From Prevotella sp. (GTDB taxonomy: Bacteria > Bacteroidota > Bacteroidia > Bacteroidales > Bacteroidaceae), in assembly GCA_016287755.1 (NCBI GenBank), contig JAEEWT010000013.1, positions 48,177 to 112,176 on the forward strand: a stretch of 64,000 bases of DNA, given 5' to 3'. Position 1 is the stretch's first letter. The number at the start of each line of letters is the position of its first letter. Below the pieces are notes generated by a model, which worked only from the letters and a program-made list of their open reading frames with translations, did no database searches and was not told where the DNA came from. Both the position numbers and the translations under genes were made by a program. Of the stretch, positions 17,759-28,900 are shown one piece after another.

Positions 17759-18577
17759 ATGGCAAAAAAGCAGATATTATTGATCAACGACCTTGCCGGC
17801 TATGGTAAGGTGGCCACGGCAGCGATGCTTCCCATCCTGTCGTATATGGGGCACCCTGTGTATAACCTCCCTACGGCGCTGGTATCGAACACCCTCGACT
17901 ATGGGAAGTTCAATATCATGGACACCACGGATTATATAAAAGGTGTATTCCCGGTGTGGAAGGAACTCGGTTTCAGTTTCGATGCTATTGCCACTGGATT
18001 CATTGCCAGTGAGCGACAGGCACAGATTGTGGCTGCCTACTGTCGTGAGCAAGCTGCCAACGGTACGGTGATCTTCGTTGATCCTATCATGGGTGATGAG
18101 GGAAAGCTGTATAATGGTGTTACGGAAGCGGCCGTGCAGAGCATGCGCGAGATGATTAGTGTGGCCCATCTGATCTTCCCTAACTACACCGAGGCCTGTT
18201 ACCTTACCGATACCCCTTATCGGAAAGAAGGCGTGAACTGGCAGGAGGCCAAGGAACTGCTTGACAAGCTGCGCCAATTAGGCACAAAGTCGGCCTTGAT
18301 CACCAGTCTGATGGTAGATGGGCAATGTGCGGTGGTGGGCTATAACCACTTCATCGGCGAGTATTTCCTACTTCCCTATACCGAGATCCCCGTCCACTTC
18401 CCCGGTACAGGCGATATGTTCTCAGCCATCCTCATCGGTCATCTGCTCAACGACGAGCCGTTGAAACCCAGTACCCGTATTGCCATGGACGCCCTCTATC
18501 GTCTGATTGAGGTAAACAAAGACAATGAGGACAAAAACCGGGGCATCCCCATCGAGAACTGGCTCTCACTCCTTTGA
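17759..18577 (+). CDS. pdxK: Pyridoxal/pyridoxamine kinase
   Basis: Start refined to ATG 17759 (MAKKQILLIND). Motifs LPTALVSN, VDPIMGD, PNYTEA, FPGTGDMF. Confidence 0.9.
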   Translation: MAKKQILLINDLAGYGKVATAAMLPILSYMGHPVYNLPTALVSNTLDYGKFNIMDTTDYIKGVFPVWKELGFSFDAIATGFIASERQAQIVAAYCREQAANGTVIFVDPIMGDEGKLYNGVTEAAVQSMREMISVAHLIFPNYTEACYLTDTPYRKEGVNWQEAKELLDKLRQLGTKSALITSLMVDGQCAVVGYNHFIGEYFLLPYTEIPVHFPGTGDMFSAILIGHLLNDEPLKPSTRIAMDALYRLIEVNKDNEDKNRGIPIENWLSLL

Positions 18578-18628
18578 CCGAGTCCCTTTGACCTTTGACC
18601 GAATCCCTTAGACCAAGTCCATCAGGCA

Positions 18629-19321
18629 TCACTCATTGCGTTTGTCGATGATTTGATATCCCTGATACTTCTGTCGGGGGAAGACGAACAGGTCATCACT
18701 GATATTCCCACTCTTGAAGTTACTGATCTTCACTGTTGTGCTGATAATTCCCAACTTAATGCGAAGACTCAAAGGGTAGCGTGTCTTCTTATCAATTAAG
18801 GCATGTATCTCTTTGATGCCCTTCACTCCTTTCTTTGCTTTCAAGGTAACGACAAACCCTTCATCACTATCAGCAATGCTGTATAGGAAATTCTCGGGTT
18901 CGAACTTGAACTTCGTGGCATACTTGTCACGTTTGTCGGAATTTGCATCATATATAGAAACCGTTTTCTTCTTCCGCTCCACCAGATAATAGGTGACGCC
19001 ATCACTGAAAGCGTTATACTTCTCATCCACGAACTTGCTCTTCTTACCCTTATACCAGATTGTACCCTCGGTTTTGTAGATACCTATGATATTGACAGCA
19101 TAATGCAATGTGGAACCCTGAGCACCAAACACCATCTGATAGGTACGGTCAAAGATCTGCCGGGCCTGTCGGGCATTGGCCGACTGCTCCTGAGGGGCAG
19201 ACTTTGCCTTTTTGGATTGAGCGGACGTCAGTTGGGGCGAAATAAGACCTACGACAATTAGCAGGAATAAAAATCCCCACCTCTTCCACACGATGATTGG
19301 GAATATATCAACTTTTCGCAT
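18629..19321 (-). CDS. LolA-like outer-membrane lipoprotein carrier-type protein
   Basis: Probable start 19321 or later; signal-like segment, EGTIWYKGKK, SDGVTYY, beta-rich LolA-like pattern. Confidence 0.6.
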   Translation of the reverse strand: MRKVDIFPIIVWKRWGFLFLLIVVGLISPQLTSAQSKKAKSAPQEQSANARQARQIFDRTYQMVFGAQGSTLHYAVNIIGIYKTEGTIWYKGKKSKFVDEKYNAFSDGVTYYLVERKKKTVSIYDANSDKRDKYATKFKFEPENFLYSIADSDEGFVVTLKAKKGVKGIKEIHALIDKKTRYPLSLRIKLGIISTTVKISNFKSGNISDDLFVFPRQKYQGYQIIDKRNE

Positions 19322-19428
19322 ATCAGATACAAAGGTACGAATAATCGCGGCAAAGGAGATAAAAATAATGAATTTATTTTGTATTGTCCTCATTTATTCG
19401 TATCTTTGGCTCCGCAAATTAATTAATC

Positions 19429-20661
19429 ATGATAAACATGACAATTACCGAAAGATTTTTAAACTACGTGAAGTTCGACACACAGTCGAGCGAAGAGAGT
19501 ACTACCGTACCCAGTACATCCAAGCAACTGATATTTGCCAAATACCTGAAAGAAGAGTTGGAACGCGAAGGCTTTGCCGACGTGGAGATGGACGAGATGG
19601 GATATATCTATGCCACACTGAAATCGAACACGAAGAAAGAAGTTCCAACCATCGGCTTTATCTCGCATTATGACACATCTCCCGACTGCAGTGGTGCTGA
19701 TATCAAACCCAGTATCGTGAGCAACTACAACGGCTGTGATATCGAACTGTCACCGGGTATCATCTCATCGCCCAAGAAGTTCCCTGAACTGCTGCAGCAT
19801 GTGGGTGAGGACTTGATAGTGACCGACGGAACCACGCTGTTAGGAGCAGACGACAAGGCTGGTATTGCCGAGATTGTACAGGCTATGTGCTGGCTGCGCG
19901 ACCATAAGGAGATTCCACATGGCGATATCCGTATGGGATTCAATCCCGATGAGGAGATCGGTATGGGCGCACATCACTTTGATGTGGAGAAGTTCGGCTG
20001 TGAATGGGCTTACACCATCGACGGCGGTGACTTAGGTGAGCTGGAGTTCGAGAACTTCAACGCTGCCAGTGCGAAGATCCAGATCAAGGGCGTGAGCGTG
20101 CATCCGGGCTATGCCAAGGGCAAGATGATCAATGCCAGCAGACTGGCTGCCGAGTTCATCATGATGCTGCCTGCCGATGAGATTCCTGAGGAAACGGAAG
20201 GCTATGAGGGCTTCTATCACATCACGGGCATGGAGGCATGTACAGAGAATGCCAAGCTGAGCTATATCATCCGCGATCACGACAGAGATACGTTCGAGGA
20301 CCGCAAACGACTCGTGCAGATCTGTGCCGATAAGATGAACGAGAAATACGGCGAGGGAACGGTGACGGCAGAGATCAAGGACCAGTATTATAATATGAAA
20401 GAGAAGATTGATCCGAACATGCACGTGATTGATGTCGTACTGAAAGCCATGCAGGAATGTGATGTTCCGCCACGGGTGAAGCCCATCAGGGGCGGTACCG
20501 ACGGTGCACAGCTCTCTTTCAAGGGTCTTCCCTGTCCGAACATCTTTGCCGGTGGTGTGAACTTCCACGGACCGTTCGAGTTCATCAGTGTACAGGTAAT
20601 GGAGAAGGCCATGCAAACCATCGTGAAGATCTGTGAGCTCACGGCGGGATATAATGACTGA
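19429..20661 (+). CDS. pepT: Peptidase T (tripeptide aminopeptidase)
   Basis: [45 protein letters not shown]. Confidence 0.97.
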   Translation: MINMTITERFLNYVKFDTQSSEESTTVPSTSKQLIFAKYLKEELEREGFADVEMDEMGYIYATLKSNTKKEVPTIGFISHYDTSPDCSGADIKPSIVSNYNGCDIELSPGIISSPKKFPELLQHVGEDLIVTDGTTLLGADDKAGIAEIVQAMCWLRDHKEIPHGDIRMGFNPDEEIGMGAHHFDVEKFGCEWAYTIDGGDLGELEFENFNAASAKIQIKGVSVHPGYAKGKMINASRLAAEFIMMLPADEIPEETEGYEGFYHITGMEACTENAKLSYIIRDHDRDTFEDRKRLVQICADKMNEKYGEGTVTAEIKDQYYNMKEKIDPNMHVIDVVLKAMQECDVPPRVKPIRGGTDGAQLSFKGLPCPNIFAGGVNFHGPFEFISVQVMEKAMQTIVKICELTAGYND

Positions 20662-20665
20662 CGTC

Positions 20666-20725
20666 AATTTGAATTGAGAATTGATAATTGATAATTGAAA
20701 ATTGAAAATTAATTCTTATTAATTG
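20666..20725 (+). repeat. Heptamer (AATTGA[G/T/A])n tandem array
   Basis: AATTGAG AATTGAT AATTGAT AATTGAA AATTGAA between pepT and the antiporter gene. Confidence 0.8.
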
Positions 20726-22981
20726 GGCGAGCTACATTCACTGATCAAGGACCTGGCGCTTATCCTGATGGTGGCGGGTATTGTGACGCTGGTATTCAAA
20801 CGACTCAAGCAGCCGTTGGTGCTGGGGTATGTGGTGGCTGGATTCCTGGTGAGTCCGCACATGCCCTATGTGGCTTCTGTGGTTGACCAGGCGGATATAC
20901 ACACATGGGCCGACATCGGTGTGATGTTCCTGTTGTTTTCCTTAGGACTGGATTTCTCTTTCAAGAAGATTCTGAAGATGGGGGCATCACCCATCATCTC
21001 CACCGTGACCATCATCTTCTGTATGATGATGCTCGGCATCGTGATGGGGCATCTCTTCGGTTGGGGGAAGATGGACTGCATCTTCCTGGGCGGTATGCTC
21101 GCCATGAGTTCCACAACGATTATCTATAAGGCGTTCGACGACCTCGGATTGCGACAGCAGCAGTTTGCCGGCAGGGTGATGAGCGTGCTCATCCTCGAAG
21201 ACATCCTGGCCATCGTCATGATGGTGATGCTGAGTGCCATCGCCAGCGGGAACAATCCTGATGGAGGACAGATGCTGGATGCGGTCATCAAGATCACCTT
21301 CTTCCTGATTCTGTGGTTCGTGGTGGGTATCTTTGCTATTCCGCTGTTCCTGCGCAGGATGCGGAAGCAGATGAACAACGAGGTACTGTTGATCGTGTCG
21401 TTAGGACTTTGTTGCGCCATGGCCGTATTCTCCACGAAGGTGGGATTCAGTAGTGCTTTTGGCGCTTTCGTCATGGGTAGTATCTTGGCTGAGACCATCG
21501 AGGCGGATAAGATTATCCGACTGGTGGAGCCGGTGAAGAATCTCTTCGGGGCTATCTTCTTCGTGTCGGTGGGTATGCTCGTTGATCCGCACATCCTGGT
21601 GGAATATGCGCTGCCGATTATCACCCTTGTATTAACGATTCTTATCGGTCAGGCCATCTTCGGCTCCCTGGCCTTCATGTTAGGCGGCGAGACGATGAAG
21701 TCGGCCATCAAATGCGGCTTCTCCATGGCACAGATCGGTGAGTTCTCGTTTATCATCGCCTCCTTAGGACTGTCGTTAGGGGTGATCGGAAAGTTCCTCT
21801 ACCCTGTTGTCGTAGCAGTGAGTGTCATCACGACCTTCCTTACTCCTTACATGATCAGGTTGGCTACACCCGCGTATAACCAGCTGGAGAAACGACTGCC
21901 GCAGAAATGGGTGCGCTCGCTGAACCATCTCACCATGAGTCATCCGAACACCACCGAGCAGAGTAAATGGAAACGACTGTTGCTACAGATGGGTAGGAAC
22001 ACCTTGATCTATAGTATCCTGTCGGCAGCCACCATCGCCCTGATGTTCACCTTTGTACTGCCCTTCACAAGAAAGCTGTTACCGGGATGGGAGCTGCACT
22101 GGTATGCGAACGCCATCACGGGCGTGCTCACCGTGCTGTTCATCTCTCCCTTCCTGCGTGCCATGGTCATGAAGAAGAACCACAGTGAGGAGTTCAAGGC
22201 GCTATGGGCAGAGAGCAACATCAACCGTGTTCCTCTGCTCTTCACCATTCTGGTACGACTGGTGATTGCCGTGGCCTTCATCTTCTATATCTGCAACTAT
22301 CTCACCCGCTTCAGCAATGCCTTGATGATTACCATCGGCTCTATTGTCGTCATATTCATCATCTTGTCCCGTTGGATCAAGAAACGAAGCATCCGACTGG
22401 AACGGTTGTTCATCCTTAATCTCCGCTCACGAGATATCGAGGCTCAGGTACATGGACATAAGCGTCCGCTCTATGAGGGGAAGCTGCTTGACCGGAATAT
22501 CCATATTGCCGACTTCGAGATTCCTGCCGACTCGCTCTGGATGGGAAAGACTTTGAAGCAACTGAATTTAGGAAAGAAATACGGAATCCATGTGAGCAGT
22601 ATCCTCAGGGCAAGTCACCGACTGAATATTCCCGACGGGGAATCGCTCATCTTCCCGGGTGACGTACTACAGGTGATCGGTAGTGATGAGCAGCTTGCTA
22701 TCTTCCAACAGGCCATTCAAGAAGAGGTGATGGAAGAGGATCATGAGCTGGAGAAACGGGAAATGAAATTGCGCAGTATCATCATCAGCGGAAACAGTCC
22801 GTTCATCGGTAAGACCTTACAGGAAAGCGGAATCCGTGATCAGTATAACTGTATGGTTGTAGGTATCGAAGAAGGAAAGGAAAACCTGTCACAAGTAAAG
22901 CCCTTGTACCGTTTCCAAAAAGGCGATATTCTTTGGATTGTAGGAGAGAAAGAAGACCTGCAGTTAATCTCCACTCTTTAA
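20723..22981 (+). CDS. CPA2 family cation:proton antiporter with two TrkA-C domains
   Basis: 752 aa with TTG start; KQPLVLGYVVAG, SSTTII, ILEDI, QIGEFSFI and a C-terminal RCK_C pair. Confidence 0.92.
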   Translation: MGELHSLIKDLALILMVAGIVTLVFKRLKQPLVLGYVVAGFLVSPHMPYVASVVDQADIHTWADIGVMFLLFSLGLDFSFKKILKMGASPIISTVTIIFCMMMLGIVMGHLFGWGKMDCIFLGGMLAMSSTTIIYKAFDDLGLRQQQFAGRVMSVLILEDILAIVMMVMLSAIASGNNPDGGQMLDAVIKITFFLILWFVVGIFAIPLFLRRMRKQMNNEVLLIVSLGLCCAMAVFSTKVGFSSAFGAFVMGSILAETIEADKIIRLVEPVKNLFGAIFFVSVGMLVDPHILVEYALPIITLVLTILIGQAIFGSLAFMLGGETMKSAIKCGFSMAQIGEFSFIIASLGLSLGVIGKFLYPVVVAVSVITTFLTPYMIRLATPAYNQLEKRLPQKWVRSLNHLTMSHPNTTEQSKWKRLLLQMGRNTLIYSILSAATIALMFTFVLPFTRKLLPGWELHWYANAITGVLTVLFISPFLRAMVMKKNHSEEFKALWAESNINRVPLLFTILVRLVIAVAFIFYICNYLTRFSNALMITIGSIVVIFIILSRWIKKRSIRLERLFILNLRSRDIEAQVHGHKRPLYEGKLLDRNIHIADFEIPADSLWMGKTLKQLNLGKKYGIHVSSILRASHRLNIPDGESLIFPGDVLQVIGSDEQLAIFQQAIQEEVMEEDHELEKREMKLRSIIISGNSPFIGKTLQESGIRDQYNCMVVGIEEGKENLSQVKPLYRFQKGDILWIVGEKEDLQLISTL

Positions 22982-22995
22982 CTACATTCCTCAAA

Positions 22996-25863
22996 TCAAT
23001 ACCACTGTATGGCATTGGTATATCCACTGCGCTTATCGTATTTCAAGGCATCGGTAAGCGTGGCGGCATTACAGCGGAAGGAGAAGTTATAAGAGGTATA
23101 GGGAGCAATCACCACCGAGCATGACATGTTGAAGCAATGGAGGTCGCGCGACAGCGAAGCCGTTGTCATACTCAACTTATGCCACTCGAAGTCGTAACCG
23201 CTGGAGAACGAAATATTCCACCCGTCACTGATACGCACATTTCCACTGAAGTTCAGGTTCTGCGTGAACTTATACGGATAGCGCATGGTCTTGGTATTGA
23301 AGGTGCCACTGGTATTCTCGCGCATGGTGATGCCATAGCCCACGGAGATAGACCACGGCAAGGAGAACGTCATATAGCCGTCGGCATCCGTCTCGGCCTT
23401 GCCTTTCGACGATTTCTTCGCACCGCGCTTACCGCGTTCCATGTCCTTGTCGATATTCGTCTCCACCTCATTATCCTCATCATCGTCGAATGAATCGTCA
23501 TCGTCTTTACTATGACCGATGCCCCGTAACTTGTCCATCCACTTCTGGAAGGTCTCAGGACTAAGCGTAAACGACAGGTTCTGCGTCATTCCTTGGAATC
23601 GGCCGAAACGTCCATAGCCATATTCCGTATGGGTTCCCACATAGGGATGACCGTTTTCATCCAGCTCGTACGCATAGGTGGCGAACGATGAGTTCACATT
23701 GAAGGTGTAGTTCTTGGAAAGTTTCAGGCGCAGCTTAAAGCCTAAGTCGCTCCATGGTCGTTCCTTGGCTGCCATGTTATACGACATATCCAGCGTAAGG
23801 TCGTCAATCAGGAATATTTTCTTCTCTTCGTCATTATCGCTCTTCGACCGCATCTTCATCTCAAGATTGTTCTGCAGCGTGAAACCAATACTACCCGTCT
23901 TTCCCCTTGAAGGATAACCGAACATTCCGTTTTCATAAGGAGTATACTGCACCATCGTGACATTACCGTTCGCATCCGTCTTTTGGTAAGACTTCCAGAA
24001 CCCATATCGCTCGGCCCCGAAATCAGGCGTGTAGTTAAATGATATCGTTGGTGTTACTACGTGACGGATAAGTCCTACCCTACTACCGAACAACTTTTTC
24101 CAAGGTTGGTAGAAACCATAGAGCTTCGTGGAGGCCGACAAGCCCACATTCCAGTTGTAGGCATTATAGAAGCCATAGGTGGTGTCGCACACCTCCTTCT
24201 GGTGTTCAGCATCCCACGACTTCTCCACACGATTGGTGTACATACGGTCGTAGAAGTTAAATTTGGGATTCAGGGTAATGGCATTGAACAAAGTGAAATT
24301 GGCCTGAATAGGAATGCTATGGTTGAAGCCGTTCCTCCAGTCTTTGATCAGATTCGAATGCAGCAGCTGATTTTCCTTGGCTACGATACGGTTGGATATT
24401 TCACCTGTATAACTCATGGAGATCTTCTCATACCAACGCTCATCACCCACTGCCTTCTTCCGTTTGAACGGATAGAACTGTGAGACTGTAATGCTCAGTG
24501 AAGGCAAGGTCAAGTCGATGGTCGTATCGCGCATGTTCTGGTTCAGGTTCATTGTTCCGAAGAGCGACATTCCTATGCTGGAGAATGTGGTGTTCAAAGC
24601 GACCGAAGAGGTTCGCGTACTCTGCGTCATTGCCTGCGGGTTATACAAGCTCGATAAGTTATTCCTTTCGTAGCTCGATGTGGAGAAGTTCACACTGGCC
24701 GTGACCGAACGGAACGGATTTGCCTTGGGATCCTGACGATGACTCCATTGGATCTTGAAACTCTCCTGCTCAGAGAAGTCGGGCATTCCCTTGTCACCAT
24801 TCTTCGTATCCTGATAACTGACGTAGAAACTGCCTGAGTATCTATAGCGCTTGCGGTAGTTGCTGGCAGCGCTCAGGCCCCATGAGCCTTTGGTATAGAT
24901 CTCTCCCAACAGCTTCAGGTCCCACTTATCACTGAGAGCAAGGTAGTAACCACCATCGCGCAGGTAGAATCCACGGGAACTCTCATCACCATAGGTAGGC
25001 ATGATAAAACCACTGCTATAGCTCTTGGTAAAGGGGAAGAAGCCATAAGGAATAGCCAAAGGAAGGGGTACGTCGCAAACTACCAGATAGGCAGGACCGA
25101 ACACTACATCCTTATTTGGACGCACCTTGGCTCTCGACAGGGCTATATAGAAATCAGGATGATCAGCATCGCAGGTTGTATAACGTCCTTTCTCCAGATA
25201 AAGCACACCGGTGGAATCGCGCTTGGCGTGTTTACTAAACAGGAATCCGTCTTCCTGCTCCGTATAGACGTCCTTGATAAAACCTTTTTTCGTCTTGATA
25301 TTGAACGAGATGGTGTCGTTCTCGTAGGTATCTGGGCCCATCTTGAACACCGGTTTACCTACCAGTTCCGTCATCGTGGAATCAGCATAGGAAGGTGTGG
25401 CATGCACCAGATTACTGTCAAGACTCATATATATCTTATCACTCTTGAGATCCATGATCTGGTACTCCACATGAGCATCACCGAAGAGATGAGCCGTCTT
25501 CGAGGTGGCGTCATAAATCAGGGAGTCCTTAGCTGTATATTTGATGGGGGCCTCAATAGCGTTCTTCCGCATCTTGTTCAGACTGTCGGCACTAATAGAG
25601 TCATCCACAGCCTTATTATGACGAGCAATGGCCAGCTGCAGGGAATCCATGGCGAGGGTGTCGGGAATCTCAACGGAATCAACGGTATCAGCAACATCAA
25701 CGATATCAATGATATCTGTGGTATCAACGATATCTGTGGTATCAATGTCATGAGTACTATAGGAGCCATTGAATCTACCGCTCCCATAGAAACCATAAAC
25801 CCTGCTCGCCATCATTCCGATAATGGCGAACAGGAGTAGGATTATCAGCGTCTTTTTCCTCAT
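22996..25863 (-). CDS. lptD: Putative LPS assembly outer-membrane protein LptD (Bacteroidota type)
   Basis: 955 aa; AHLFGDAHV, YTTCDADHPDFY, GFYLRDGGYY, C-terminal RDLHCF.M and Y.FSF. Confidence 0.85.
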   Translation of the reverse strand: MRKKTLIILLLFAIIGMMASRVYGFYGSGRFNGSYSTHDIDTTDIVDTTDIIDIVDVADTVDSVEIPDTLAMDSLQLAIARHNKAVDDSISADSLNKMRKNAIEAPIKYTAKDSLIYDATSKTAHLFGDAHVEYQIMDLKSDKIYMSLDSNLVHATPSYADSTMTELVGKPVFKMGPDTYENDTISFNIKTKKGFIKDVYTEQEDGFLFSKHAKRDSTGVLYLEKGRYTTCDADHPDFYIALSRAKVRPNKDVVFGPAYLVVCDVPLPLAIPYGFFPFTKSYSSGFIMPTYGDESSRGFYLRDGGYYLALSDKWDLKLLGEIYTKGSWGLSAASNYRKRYRYSGSFYVSYQDTKNGDKGMPDFSEQESFKIQWSHRQDPKANPFRSVTASVNFSTSSYERNNLSSLYNPQAMTQSTRTSSVALNTTFSSIGMSLFGTMNLNQNMRDTTIDLTLPSLSITVSQFYPFKRKKAVGDERWYEKISMSYTGEISNRIVAKENQLLHSNLIKDWRNGFNHSIPIQANFTLFNAITLNPKFNFYDRMYTNRVEKSWDAEHQKEVCDTTYGFYNAYNWNVGLSASTKLYGFYQPWKKLFGSRVGLIRHVVTPTISFNYTPDFGAERYGFWKSYQKTDANGNVTMVQYTPYENGMFGYPSRGKTGSIGFTLQNNLEMKMRSKSDNDEEKKIFLIDDLTLDMSYNMAAKERPWSDLGFKLRLKLSKNYTFNVNSSFATYAYELDENGHPYVGTHTEYGYGRFGRFQGMTQNLSFTLSPETFQKWMDKLRGIGHSKDDDDSFDDDEDNEVETNIDKDMERGKRGAKKSSKGKAETDADGYMTFSLPWSISVGYGITMRENTSGTFNTKTMRYPYKFTQNLNFSGNVRISDGWNISFSSGYDFEWHKLSMTTASLSRDLHCFNMSCSVVIAPYTSYNFSFRCNAATLTDALKYDKRSGYTNAIQWY

Positions 25864-25965
25864 GAACCATCAGGAACGACCACATCGGTCAGTTCCAAGG
25901 TGCAAAAGTACGAAAAAGAAATGAGATACTGCGCCCATTAACCGATAATTAACTTATTTAATTGA

Positions 25966-28900
25966 TTATTTAAGGATTCGTTTCTTTCCGTTTATGATAT
26001 AAATACCCTTCTTTGTAGGCTTGCCGCTAAGTTGTACACCTTCGAGAGTGTACCACTTTTCACTTTGAACCCTATTCTGTGGCACGGTATTGTTAATTCC
26101 TGTGGTTTCATCCAGGAAGATGATATGATACTTGGCTTGGCTGCTCACCTCGTTGTGTGTCAGGTAGGAACGATAGGGCGCAATACGTTCACCCAGATAG
26201 TAGAAGAAGCCCAGTTCACCTTCGCTGTTGTAACCCAGTGTGAGGATACTTCCGCGGTCGGAATCTTCCTGATAGACACTCATACCATCGCGTCCCACAC
26301 CATTGAGCATGTTCTTGTACATCTTCCACTGTTCAAGACTTTCGCCAAGAGGTTCCAACCGGTAGGTACCAGCATCCTCTGCGAAGATAACCACTGGTGT
26401 GCGACTGGGCACTTTACGACTCATGCTAAGCAGATAGGCGGTATTCGGTTCGTTGTCCACCGCATCATTACATATACCTTCGTCGTTGGTCTTGGTCACG
26501 ATAAAGGGAGTCAGTGTAGCAGGCAGTTCGGTATCGAACCCAATATACATGGTGGCCACCTTGGCGGAACCAACCTTCAGTGGATAATAGCAATGCAGTT
26601 TTCCGGCACTGATATAGTCATCCCAGGTTCCGTCACTGTAGTATCCTTCCATGAGCACGCTGCCGTAGGTGGCATCGCTAACATAGATATCGAGGAGATT
26701 GCCATCGGTTGTAACGATTCCATCATCTTCTAGATAAGGTACGGTTTCATAGTCCTCGGTCTCGAAATAGATGCGTTTCAGTCCTTCTACCTTGTAGATA
26801 GCCCCTTCGCTAATCTCATTGATGATACCAGTGATTACCGCTTCCTCTCCCTTGCGTCCATTGGGAAAGGCTACGAGTACCCTGTTGGTATCAAAGAGGA
26901 TACCGTCGCGAGATACGAAAAACTCGTTGAAGGGATCCACGCTGACGTTCTCGATGGCAGAGTTATAGAACGGATGAAGTTCCACTTCTTCAACCTTGGC
27001 GGGAATGGTGACTTCCTTAAGGCTGGTGCATCCATCGAAGGCATTACTGCCAAGGGTTTCCAGTGCGTAAGGCAACTTTACCTCATTGAGTTTCGACAGA
27101 CCGTTGAGCTGCGTGGTAAGTTCTTTAACCGCCTTAAAGAAGCGGAACTCCGGGAATTTCTCTATCTTCTTGGCTGTGGCGGTCTGGAAAGCTTCTAGCG
27201 TCTGCTTGGTGGTTACGGCCTTTAACTCATCGAGTGAGAGAACTTCGTCATTGTTACTGTCGAAGGCAGCAAGGCAGGCATCACGGGTATTGTCATCAAC
27301 AAAGGTAAAACCTGCATTTACATTTAGGTCGCGCGTACGAACGGGGATGTAATGACAATATTTCCCAAATGTGCCTTTGATGAATTCTAATCCTCCGAAT
27401 GTTCTAACTGTTGGGTGGTCTTGGAGATTATTATTCATATCTATGGGGTTAATGCTGGCGCTGACAGGTACAATAACCCCCATGTCGCCATCAGCTTCGA
27501 TGAAGCGTTTATCATCGGCGTCGGATGAAGTCCACGTAGCAGCACCTGGTTCGAAGAGCAGTTGTTTGCCAAAGCCCAAGAGATAGTTGTCGGATCCATC
27601 TGCTTCCGAGTATTTATATTCGATATCTGTACGGAAGGGAACCATAAGCAGTTTTGCCATGTCAGTCTCAGCAAAAGATTTCAGTGTGGGGAAATAGCCA
27701 TTGTAGTTTTTCCATCTTGTCTGCTTGCCCAGTGAGTTGCATATCTCTTCGAGCGTGAAGCCGGTAGGTTGTTCCTCATAGCCTTTCAGCCAATAGCAGT
27801 CCTGGAGATACGTTTTACCGTCCATGGTAATATCCGCCGGTTGCATAACCTTGTCGAGATGGGTGACAGGCAATACGGTCAGACAGTTCTTGACGACACC
27901 CTTGTTGTTGTCAGACAAGCAGACAAAGGGGGTGTAATCGGCAAAAGACCACATCATGGTATATACAGCCGAGATACAGTCTTCTACAACAGCATCGGAA
28001 TTGTCAGGCCCAACCAGCGAACATATGCCTCCGCAATAGTCCAGATAGTAGTCATCATCAAATGAATGAAGTGAACCAACCGTACCCTGGGCAATACAGT
28101 TCGTAATCTTGCCATTCATCTTGCCAGCAAATAGTCCGGCTCCCTTTCTTGCATGAGAGTCAATAATGCCCAAGTTGGCAACTGCACCGCCTTTGTCAAT
28201 ATCGCCGAAAAGACCTTTTCCTTCTGTATCAACGTATGCCCCCTTGACGAAATGGCTGCCTCCATCGTATTGGGCTTTCCACTTGACATCTTTATTACCC
28301 CATGAATTGTCTATCCATAAAGAATGAAATGGGTTTGGATTGTAGGGGGCATTACCATGTCGATTGACATAGAGTGTGATATCGCAGATCTGCTTATACC
28401 ATTCACCCTCCTTGTTGTTTTTCACGGCGAGGGCCAGTTGTGCACCGTTCTTGATGATAAAAGGATCTTCCTTTTTACCAGTACCGGCAGCAAACTCGGT
28501 GGCAGTGCTGCCATCCCACACCTGATCAACGGTGGATGTAAACTGCAGTTGCTTGGTTCCGCCGAGGGGTAACGGACGGTTCCATACCTCAATGGGTTTA
28601 GCCATTTTCATGGTGAACGTAGCCAAGAACATACCATCTGTCACAGCATATGCCGTATCGTTGCTGATACGGATACAATCCATATTCTGAAACGTCACCT
28701 TGCTGTTCGGACTCACATCTCGCTCTGCCTCACTCCACGTCATGTTCTTCTCTGGAGCAATCACCTGAGTCACCAGATCGTAAGCCTGATCGCCCTTGGG
28801 AATGTTCACAGGAACAGAACAGAGCCACGCGCCAGTCTTATACACAGTATTCTCGCGATACATGTTCTCGTAGCCGAACATCTGGATGGAGAACTCTTTA

